Shown here: one piece after another, positions 40,970-51,600 of the stretch | Numbering within the stretch: position 1 is the stretch's first letter | Layout of the letters: every line of letters starts with the position of its first letter | DNA from: Paraphysomonas bandaiensis | Taxonomy: Eukaryota > Protista > Chrysophyceae | Assembly (NCBI GenBank): GCA_965644295.1 | Contig: CBFFRP010000152.1 | Span: forward strand, 124,001-188,000 | Reading direction: 5' to 3' | DNA: 64,000 nucleotides | Notes under the pieces: generated by a model | Database searches by the model: none | Told to the model about the DNA's origin: nothing | The model's input: only the letters and a program-made list of their open reading frames with translations | Program-made: the position numbers and the translations under genes

Positions 40970-43630
40970 CAGTTCATTCACCCACAACTAACTGCTCAAA
41001 AAACGGTCGACAGTTACGTTTTTTTCAGTTATTGAGTTTGATAATATTTCAGGAAATCTCTCAATTTCACCACGACTGCTCCCACACACCCTTCCAAACC
41101 GACTTGACACTGTCAATCAGGCCACAGGCTTCCATTTGCATGCTTAAAATATCTCATTCATACTCTATGTCCAATATTAGAATGATGCCAACACAGTGGT
41201 CCCAAAATTTTCGAGGTCCGGTGCCGTGCAAAATATATATTTTGCATTTCACCTCAAACGAACTCCATATTTTGTGGTAAGTATCGCAACATCACTGGTG
41301 ACAATCTCACGTTGGGTATTTTTATTTAAGGGCCTGCTTGTTTCAAACATGGCGATTAACAAAAGATCAAAATCTGTCAGAAAATCATCCCGTGGAAAGA
41401 GGTCTGCAGTGGATACAATGCACGGTCAAAAGGGCAGGAAAAATAGAGAGAAAAGAGAATTACGTGCAAGGCGACGTCCAGTGGGGATAGAGGAAGAATT
41501 AGTCCAAGAAGACCCTGAGGTGGTGGAGGAAAAAGCAGAAGTTCAGTGTGACTTCAGAGACAGGGCTGTTGCCATTCGGGAGGAGCTATGTCGACCTCAG
41601 GGCCAATTGGCATCATTCGATGATGTTGTTAATGTCTTACGCATCTATTCTAATCTTATTATGAAGAAGAGAGCAAGCAATCACACCGCAGCCATTAAAT
41701 TTACTGCTGACGCATTACAGATGGGCGACACGACTGTTAGACATATCATTCAGGTGTATGACACAAATGGTCAAGAAGTGTACTGTACCCCGTGCAGTAT
41801 AGCACCAACTCGAGGCACAGGCAGCAAGGCCTATGTTTATGAGCACATGAAAATTCAGAAAGAGATGCTTATTTCATGTCATGACTACATTATGAATGAA
41901 TTGTGGGATGGTGTAAGGCATACATATGCGGACCTGCATCCGTATCTCGAGAACCAATTTGACATCAAAGTGTCATACACCGCTTTACGAAAACGAATGT
42001 GTTTTGACTTTGATTATGTTATTCCGTATAACACTACTTTAGTAAAAATAACACTGCAAATCCGACGATTTATGCTGTTGTATAGTGGTACGTTATTGTT
42101 GAAGAAATTATGTTATTTTATATATACAAAAACCGATGATGATGTATGTGCTGTGATACCGTAACATTTATTACTTGTTATGGTGTGTATTAACATTAGC
42201 GTCTCTACAGATGCAATTAAAAAAGAAAAACAAGGGAGTGCCTGCATTGCATACATGGATGAGACCAAGGGATGGTTGCACCAAGGTGCTTGCAGCAATG
42301 CACAAGCAGTCCCGAGATAACTGAGCATTTCATATTCTGTGTTACAATTAGTCTAAAGTAATAGATAGATAAATGCAACAAGTTCTCTCATGTAATAATC
42401 AGATCTATTATATACATGGATGAGACATGGGTGTGGAGATATCATAGCAGGAAGACTGGCATAGGACCCAAAGGAGTAACACGGCAAGGAACAAAGTCGT
42501 CTAAGGGAGATCGTTTAATAATTGTCGATGCAAATACTTCTGATGGTGCTATTCGTTGGCAATTAGAGAATAAAAAAGGTAAATTATGGTATACGTTGTG
42601 GTCCTTCCTCTATACAAAATCAGGAGACTACCACACTGCCATGAATTTCGAGTCGTTGTAGAAATGGATTAACTGTTGTTTTGTTCCAACATGGAAGAAA
42701 ACGTATCCTGGTACCCCTTGCATTCTAGTATTGGACAATGCCCCCTACCATATGGGAGGCATGATTAACCCACATCGTCTCAGCAAGAGTGAGTGTACGC
42801 TGCATTTGCGCAAGTGTCTGCCTAGGGGGTCCCGTATTACTGTCAACAGGAATGGCACGCTGCTTCAGTTTGAAGTGCCTAGGCATGGAGGGTTTCCAAA
42901 TTCTCCAGCAGGTCCATCTCTCAGGGAGGTTCAAGAGGCTGTTCACGACATTCTAGCTGATTACAAGCCTCGCGACTTGCTGACTTGGGTAGAATGTCGC
43001 TTTGCAGAGCTTGGTTGGGAGGTGATATTTACCCCACCTTACATGTGTAATTTCCAACCGATAGAACTCTGGGCAAACATCAAAAATAGCATTGGACGAA
43101 GGTACTTTTCTGGTAGAGACGTGAATTGGATAATACTAGACTTCTTCAAAAAGCATTCTGTAACCATTAAGTGTGATTCTTTGGTTAGCCATGCGCATGA
43201 TTGTATGAATATCTGGCTCAGACAGGATAATTTGTTGGGTGGTGTGTATGACAATAAATGTAACTGTACCTGACGATGACATTAGAGAGAATATACTAGC
43301 AAATAACCCTAAGTTTATGTCTGAAAAAGAAATGGAAGATATACAGAACCCATCTCATGTGGCTGTACACTTCACTATTCACAGGAATGGTGATATATAT
43401 GGATTAGGGCCATATTTTGTAAGTGTAAAAAAATCACGAATTTTGAACTGTTCACTTTCACTTATCTTAACGGTATAGTAAAACGGCTAGTAGGTAGAAG
43501 CTAAAACTTTGTCTCATATATCTTTGTGGCATAAGCTTTCAGTGCATATGCTTACTTTTTAAGACTTATGTCTAGTTCTAGAAATATACTTGCTGAAATT
43601 AGGAGCAGTTAGTTATGAGTAAACGAACTG
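40970..43630 (+). mobile_element. IS630/Tc1/mariner-type DNA transposon with 28-bp imperfect TIRs and TA target-site duplication; decayed
   Basis: Left TIR 40970-40997 is cagttcattcacccacaactaactgctc. The right TIR 43603-43630 reverse-complements to cagttcgtttactcataactaactgctc (4 mismatches). TA lies at 40968-69 and 43631-32. A DDE transposase lies inside. Confidence 0.9.
41349..43478 (+). pseudogene. Disrupted DDE transposase (DDE_3-like) with a long D-E spacing
   Basis: Basic N-terminus and HTH-like region, then YMDETW (D1), SSKGDRLIIVDA, GDYHTAMNFE, LVLDNAPYH (D2) and VIFTPPYMCNFQPIELWA (E). There is an in-frame stop at about 42659 and a frameshift near the 3' end. Confidence 0.85.
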
Positions 43631-43989
43631 TAGTTTCCCAGTATTTTTTCCCATAACAGATAAATGTCTCATGTAGTGGATGCTGGTAAGCTGGTAATAT
43701 ATTTCTGGCGAGTTACTAAAATTCCACGATTTCTTTTTCACATGACTTTTAGGCACTAATAATATATTCCTTTGCGAAATCCTGTCGCAGAAAAATTGGT
43801 CGTAGTTTTCTCTAGTCGTTCTAGACTAGACTTAATATACTTAACATAATGTATAATATAAATTATATAGGCAGAACTTTCAGCTTTCGTTTCAGTAGTC
43901 TCAGATACAATTTATTGCATCGGTATAAATACTAATCTCTTGATCTTACAACAAGATCTTATAGTTAATACACTTCTATTAAGAAATTT

Positions 43990-44640
43990 CTATATATTTA
44001 TATTTAGTCTCTGACTCTCTCGCACGTTGTCGTGGTGTTCTAGGGGATAAGTACCGGAGAGATTCTCTCTGGGAAACTAAAGCGTGAGCCGCAAACATAG
44101 TCAGCAGATATTATTCTGCCTACTCATAGCCGAATGCTTGTGTGGTACAAGGGACACCAATACGTGTCACTTGTGTAGACGTCTTTGGGCCCTGACGAAT
44201 AGACAGGCATCCGGGACAGGGCCCACCTGAAGGGTAACCGGGGTATTGGGCTGCCTGATGAAGTCAAGCATCCGGAATGTTCACCTTAAGAACTCAGAGC
44301 GTAAGTGGTTGCACCTTTTGGTGCTTGCGGCGACGCACAAGCAGCTTCAGTAAGCGCTAATTATAAGGATAAAAAAGTGTGTACTGATTATAGTTACAGG
44401 TAAAGGTCTAACTAGTTTGTCTAGCATTCATCTAGCTGCTAAGTTGGTGCAGGCTTTTAACGCCTATTGCTAATAATAAGACTTTCAATATATGGTCTCT
44501 GACTGGCTCGAGTATATACTGTGTGTATCTTTAAGTTGAGTATACCACCTGACATTGGATGGAAGGTCCATCCCATGGTTGGCTTCATCACAGGCGTTAT
44601 AAGCATTTAGTAATGCTCCATTCTAGCACAGTAAGAAGAA
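43990..44640 (+). ncRNA. Candidate structured non-coding RNA or structured insert of unknown class
   Basis: ORF-free island with a locally GC-richer core, many stem-loops, G-U wobbles and GNRA-type loops that read on the + strand. I recognised no known family motif. Confidence 0.3.
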
Positions 44641-44790
44641 AGTAGCAGCTTTTTAATCAGAGCTCCTAACTTAAATTATTTCTAATATTACAGTGATACT
44701 CCATCAGATTTTATTAACACGAGATTTATTAAGTGGATTCATGTCACAGTATTATCATGAGATGGTGTGGATGTATTATCAATAAAAACA

Positions 44791-47700
44791 TCAGCGGAAC
44801 CCTTCCCGAAGTCTTCTATTCTCTTCGACAAGACCGTTTATTTGCTCTTTAAGACTTGTGATATAATGTATTTTCTGCTTTTTGTTGGTATGCCCCAGCA
44901 ATGCATCATGCTCGAGTAAGATTTGGTCGTACTTTTCTTTGACTTCGCGTAAGTCATGCTTGCAATTCCGTAATTCCTGGAATAACTAAATAAGGCTAAA
45001 ATATATAAGCTGTAAAGAATACCGCTTCACGCTCTGATAATTCAGTAGCCAAATTTTTCTGAGATTTAAGCAACTCTCTCATAGTAAACAATTCGTTTTC
45101 CAATTCTTTATGTTGTGTAAGTAGCGCTTCTTTTTCGCTGTGCAAGTGGTCAATAGCACCCTTCAGTGTTCTCTGTTCTCCTTCACTCTGCAGTGCACAT
45201 CAAAATCAATGTATTACTATAATAGAACTTACTCTTTCAACTTTCAGTTCCAGCTCTTGCTTTAGTTTTGCAATGTTTCTGTACTCATCAAGTTCAGTCT
45301 TGTTTTCAACTATTTTTTCTTCAAGACTGCGAATTTGAGTCTTTAAGTCAGTTACAGTACTACTCATTGCAATTTCGGTCCTTTCATATTCCTGACATAT
45401 CTACATAAAGTAATATAATAAAAGAAAAAACATTAGCAATACAATATTTTCACCTTTGTTTTTGCCATATTCAAACTGTCGATGTCATTCTTGAGGCCTG
45501 ATATAATTTCTTGAGATTCAATGGATTTCTTGGCAAGCCTATAGTTGTCAGCTTGATGGCTTGCAATATCAGTCTCAAGAGTATGAATCCTGGATATCAT
45601 ATCCTGTTGTTCAGCGGCATAATCCTCCACACGAGCATTCAAATCATCAATTTGCAGTAACATACTGGCATTTTCTTCCTTCAATGATACGTTAATATCG
45701 TTTACCGAGTCACGTTGAGCAAATGTCTCTTCCAGCTCTGCTCTCACAAACCTTAAATCTCTAACCGTCTGAGAAAGCTGAGCGTCTAATTCTGAATTTT
45801 TGCTTTGCATGTCACTGAATTTACTCGTCATTTCAGACATACTGCATTTCAATTCTTCTCTGTCTTTTTCAATCAACTCGAGCTCCCTAATAGCATCACT
45901 GAGCTCTTTTTCTGATTTATGAAGATCATTAGAAAGATTCGCCACGGAATTCTTCGCCTCTAGTAGCTCATTTGATAGTTCATTACACTGTCTTTGAAAC
46001 TCCGCATTCTTATCAGTAAGGCTTTGAATTGTACATTGTTGATCAGCGAGTTGGTCTGCTGCGGCGTCGTACTTGTTCTGAAGAGACGCACTAGCTGCAT
46101 GGCGCTCAATGCAGTTCTTTTCACTCGCTGCCAATAAATTCGTCAGATTAGACTCACTTTTAAGTAGGCCATCAATTTTCTCTTCTGCCGACTTAACGAT
46201 ATCTTTGTACTCATTTAACGATTGTGTATGCGCAGCACTCATATCCCTAATTTGACATGTGAGTGCACTGTTTTCTGCATTTAATTGATCTAATAAATTT
46301 TGTTGAGCAGATTTATCTCTCTGCGCCGCGTCGCGGAATTCCTCAAGTTCTGATGTCTTGAATTCTAAGCAGCTGTTGAGTTCGTCAACTCTCACCGCCA
46401 ATTTCTCACAATCTTTCAAAGCATTGCTGTAGTTGTCCACATGATTCGCCACATCAGACTTCATCGACAGCATCTCTGAGCTCAACTGTCCACATCTTGC
46501 TACGACTTTCTCGTTTGTAGTCCTCAGTGCCACGATGGTTTTACTCAACTCATCTTTGTCTGCTTCTGCCTCTCGCAATTGTTCAGATAGCTTCTCAATA
46601 TGTTGCTCAGAGGCCTTGGCTGCACTGTCTAAACGAGATATCTCACTATCTTTACTGGAACAAAGGGTGGATAACTCAGACACTTTAGACTCTGATACCA
46701 TCAGTTGATCTTTTACCTCGGCGAGAGACTGTTCCACAACCTCTAGAGTTTCACGTTGCATCGTATGCTGAGAAAGAATTTCAGTGTACGCATTTTCTGC
46801 AGCTTCTAAATCTCTACGTGCAGAATTACGACTTTCCTCAAGCTCAGTATTGACACAATCCAACGAATCAGACATTTCGAACATTTTCTTCTGAAGACTT
46901 TCGCGCTCAAGGTGCGCATTTTTACAATCCTCCGCAAGGGAAGAAACCGTATTTTGAAGGATTTTAATTTCGTCTGTCAGTTTATCGCATTTCTGCTTCG
47001 CTTCCATATTGACAGTTTTCAAATCCTCGATGGCTTTCTCATCATCAATACCACGAGAATGAGCCTCTTGCAATTGTTCAGATAGTTTCTCAATATGTTG
47101 CTCAGAGGCCTTGGCTGCACTGTCTAAACGAGATATCTCACTATCTTTACTGGAACAAAGGGTGGATAACTCAGACACTTTAGACTCTGATACCATCAGT
47201 TGATCTTTTACCTCGGCGAGAGACTGTTCCACAACCTCTAGAGTTTCACGCTGCGTCGTATGCTGAGAAAGAAGCTCTTGATTTTGTTCTACAAGATTCT
47301 TTTCTCTAGAAACGCAGTCAGACAACTTTTGGTGCATCTCTCTCAATTCTACATCAAATTTTTCGCGAAGCAGTTCTATTTCCTCTCTGTGTTTCTCTAG
47401 TTCCATGTGATATTTTGTTTCTGTCTCTTCCAAATGAGACTGTAAATCAGTGTATGACTGTTCAACTCTTAGTTTTTCATCAATCGCTTCAGCTTTATGT
47501 TTTTGGGACTGCTCCAATATCTCTTTGAGATAGTCAATCTCCTGTTCGAGTTCAAATCTGTCATGCATTTCTGATTCCCATTCAGAGCGCTGAGTCTCGA
47601 ACTCCTCTTGTTGCTGTGTTAGGTGTAACTTAAGTGATTCAATTTCATGATCTTTCTCTTCTTCAATGCGCTCTATTTCTTCATGTAGTCCTTGACAGTC

Positions 47701-48120
47701 AAGTTCCTTTCGGCGGAGCTTATCTGCTGCCCTCTGAGCTTTCTTGTCGAGCTTAGATTGCGCTTGCCTCCAGATTACTTCATGGTATTTCTCTTTAGAC
47801 GAGTTGGATGAAAGAATGCGCTTGTATTGTTTTTCGACATTCTTGTACTTGAGTTGTATTCCGGCATATTCACTCAGCTTACGTTCTTGTTGTGCGATAG
47901 TCCTCTCAAGTGATCTTAACTGCTTATCTTTATCATTCAACTGAACATTAAGCTTCTTAACTTCTTTCTCAGCTTCAGTTGGAAGTCTTGATTCAATATT
48001 ATGAGGATGAAGACAGGATGATGTACGAGAACGTTTGTTTCCTCTTGTTATAGTGCCATTAGGGAGAGTGTTCTCTTTACAGATATGAGTCTTACTATTT
48101 CCAAGTTTAGGGGTCTGCAT
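44791..48120 (-). CDS. Long coiled-coil protein with a C-terminal HMMR_C-type (RHAMM / kinesin-12 tail-like) basic-zipper motif, multi-exon
   Basis: An 895-aa coiled-coil ORF plus three further short exons. The last exon reads ELRNCKHDLREVKEKYDQILLEHDALLGHTNKKQKIHYITSLKEQINGLVEENRRLREGFR* (stop 44791-44793), matching LLGHxNxKQKIxxxxxLKxE of HMMR/KIF15 C-termini. No motor domain is visible. Confidence 0.8.
46575..47273 (-). repeat. Intragenic direct duplication, 204 bp (46575-46778 and 47070-47273), offset 495 bp (165 codons)
   Basis: The peptide LSQHT(T/M)QRETLEVVEQSLAEVKDQLMVSESKVSELSTLCSSKDSEISRLDSAAKASEQHIEKLSEQL occurs twice. I counted 3 nucleotide differences. Confidence 0.95.
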
Positions 48121-48675
48121 ATTATGTATGGTGAGATGAATGAGTTGTTTGATAGGGATGGGAAGGTTGAATGTAATGAACTGATATAAGTGTGGGTATA
48201 TTAGCTATAGTTGTATAGGATAATAGTCCTTAATTGTAATGTATATCTGCTGTTGGATATATATATATATATAGATGCATGCATGGATGCATGATGCATG
48301 CATATGTATATAGTGCTGTGTTTAGAGGACATTAATATCAACGGATACACTCCTTATCATCACGAGCAGCAGATACATATCTCTCTAATCTACACAGCAA
48401 CTCTTATACAATCAAATCCGAAACTCATAAACTGAAAATATTTCTCTATCAATATTAAAAAAGTGAAACGATTATATATGGACAAATATATATATAACAT
48501 ACATACGCAGCTTATATATATATATACACACAGCTCTCCATGATATATATATAGAGAGAGAGACAATCAAGTTCCTCATTATCTCTACTATCATACATTA
48601 AAAACATACATTCAGCAATGCCGTATACAAATATATTAGATTTATTATCTTAACAACCACACGATCAAGCTTGTC

Positions 48676-51600
48676 ATGGGTAAGTAGACCTCCTCTCTCC
48701 CTCTCACTATATATAACTATATACATAGACTGCTTACGTATTGGTGATTATATCACTTTAAAGACCCCTAAATATGATAGTTATCTCTTTGCTGATGGGA
48801 TTCTTGTGGAAGATTTAGCAGTTGCGGAGACTAATAAAATTCTTGCATTTGAAGAGGCCTTATTTTGTATTCACTATCCTCGTCAATATTCTGCAGCAAG
48901 AGAGTTAGAAGAATTCACTGAATCAAATCTTATTGCTGAAGGAACTATATCAAAAGATAAGACTACTGAAAAATATATGGCTGCATTGAGGGTAATAGTC
49001 CATATGTATGATGTCTGTTTACTGAAAATTACATATCCAGAGGGGCCGAGACAATGAAAATAAGCTCAATGACAATTATATGGCTCAGAAAATTGGCACA
49101 CCAATACAGTTTGGTGATGTCATCCAGGTAGGTGCCATATATGTTCATAGTTTATCGTATTGGTTATGGTTCTGTAGCTCCTTCATGTGAAGTCGGGAAA
49201 GTTTATGACAGTAATTCCCGACCGCCTAGCCTCCCATGAAAGAGAAAACATGGTTGTGTCTTTGAGTGAAACTGGTAACTCATATTCCTGGCTTCAAATC
49301 CAGCCTCGATATAAAATAGATCGTGAAGGAGACAAGGTTCTCACTGGAACTGAAGTACTACTAAAGGTGTCCGAGCGGCCGAACGAATACGTTCATTGCT
49401 CTGACCGCACCCCCCCGAAAGGAGCATTGAGAGAAATCAACTGCTCATTGGAAACGTCGTCTTGGAAGTTGTCTGCTTTTCAGACCGTAAAAGATGCATC
49501 AGATAAAAATCTTTTGCTTATATCTCAACTTGTGGTGATACATGACCCGGAGACACGATCCAATATCCAAGTTGTAGAAACTGAATCCAAAAATGGGAAG
49601 CCTTCATATGGCATAGCTATACAGCCAGTACATGCTAGTGGGGAGTTAGACTCAATGGCTCTATGGGTATTGGAGTCCAAAAGTGTGGTACAGGGGGGAA
49701 CAATTCAATGGAAGTCGGACTATATACGCTTCAGAAATCTGAATACTGGAAAGTACCTCATGCTCAAGTCAGACAAGAAGTCCTCCGGAGATAAGAGTGT
49801 GAAGTATGAACTGGGAGTGGCGGACTCTCTTCATTCCAGTGGCACTCTCTTTACCTTACACGAGATGTATGGGCAAAGCTTATTTCTCTCGAATGCCAAA
49901 GCCATGCAGATGTGCCAAAACAACATGTATATCGAAAGGGGAGAATATTCGGACGAAGATGGAACTTTCCTATCCAGCGCGACGAAAGACAAGAGTCGTG
50001 CTGTGAGTTTGCTTATTCACCGTTATGTTCAGGTGCTGAAAAGGAACCAGACAGAAGTTGGTGAGGTGATTGTAGAGAAGCAGGACTACAGTAGCACTAT
50101 AGAAGAGCCGCTGGATGTCTATGTGGGTGTTACTGCCCGTAAGTACCTCACCCACTACATCGAGAACATGGTCGTGCCTACTTTCGAGTTTTCTGCTGGG
50201 ACTCTCTGGCCTGGCTCAGATAGATCTACATTTTATGAGGTGTCTTCGGTTCTGAAGAAAATACTACTCTTTGTTCGAGGTCTCAAAGTGTCAGAAGAGC
50301 TAGAAGCACAGTTAGGAATCGACTCTGCCAATGTACGAACTAACTTTCGTCGAGCACGGCAAGCGATGGCTCTTGAACAAGGAGTGGTGACGAATATTCT
50401 CCTCATGCTAGAACGCCTCATTCCACTTTCTGCACGATTAGATGCCTCGGGTATGAGTTCGAAGTCTTTTGCGTCGAAGTCAGATGAAGAAAAGTCTGTA
50501 CTGCGCATATGTGAGGTGATCGTATCACAGTGTTTTACGCTTTTGTATCACTGTATTGAGGGGAACCCGAGGACTCAGATTGCTGTGGCGGATTCGATGC
50601 CTGTTTTGTTGGCCTATGTAGCGACGCAGCAGTACGCCGCCAAGTGTGTTACGGAGATGCTCTCAACCAACATGGAGTTACAGGAAACGAAAATTGGAGA
50701 GAGGGAAATAAAGATATTTACAGAGAAATTGAGGTCATCCAAAATGAATTCCATGTATCTCAATTTATTGAAGTCGTGCTGTTCTTGCATGGGTAAACCC
50801 ATTGATGGTAACCAGGGTGTTGTTGCTGAAGTTCTTTTTGAAGATACGAGCGATATCATCATTCAAGTCCACCCGGACATGGTGCGGATCAACCGAGTGG
50901 TTTGGGACTCTACAGGAACCTCTCTTTTTATCCCTGCCCAGCCTGAACCGGGATCACCCATGTTAGGTTCCGAATTGCTGGAGCGAGGGATCCCTAACCT
51001 GTCATTGTCGTGGACAACAAAGTCCATTGACTACTCCCCACTGGGGCTTTTTGGAAAATTATCGGTGAACATTCAGGACTTGTATCCTGGTAAATCTCAA
51101 GGTTCAAATTTTACCGAATCTGAAGAATGGCTCATTCAAAAGCGCCCACAAGGGAAGGGCACAATGGCACAATCTCAGAAGCAGGCGGTAGCAGATTACT
51201 TTATCGCAGAACTATATCTAGCTGCTGAGATGTGTTTAGGAAGAAATTACGTCGCAATGCAGAATCTGGAGTCGCTTTTTACTTATAATACACTGGTGAC
51301 AATGATGAAAATGAATGCTAGCGAAGCTCTAAAAGCCGCTGCAACCCGACTTATGCTCTGCCTCTATGTTGACAGAGAACCTCAGATTATCACCACAGTG
51401 CCTTGTCTCACTAGATCTTGGAGCGAAATTGCCAAATCAGGCGTTCCGCAGCTTCCGTATGTCGAAGTCGCCAGAAAGAACCAATTTTCCCTCTTACAGC
51501 AAATGATATCGGAGCACATTAGGGATATGAAGGGAAGACGGTGGGAAGAGCTGTCGGTGTCAATGATGCTTCTACTAAAATACCTCATCATGTTCAACTT

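Noticed and set aside
40970-43630. Fanzor/TnpB cargo in the Tc1-like element
   Set aside because: No RuvC or zinc-finger ORF lies between the TIRs, and the structured island is outside the right TIR.
43920-43955. U2 snRNA (minus strand TAAGATCAAG...TAGTAT)
   Set aside because: Only a 10-nt match. The U2 5' stem (CTCGGCCTTTTGGC) and the exact GTGTAGTA branch-pairing sequence are absent.
44185-44280. Hammerhead ribozymes at CTGACGA / CTGATGA
   Set aside because: I could not build stem II followed by GAAA, or a stem III/UH arrangement, around either core.
44020-44365. RNase P/MRP, SRP or telomerase RNA
   Set aside because: No convincing P4 (CR-I/CR-V) pair, no SRP helix-8 CAGG..GNRA..AGCAG arrangement and no CCCTAA-type template were found. 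It is left as an unknown structured candidate.
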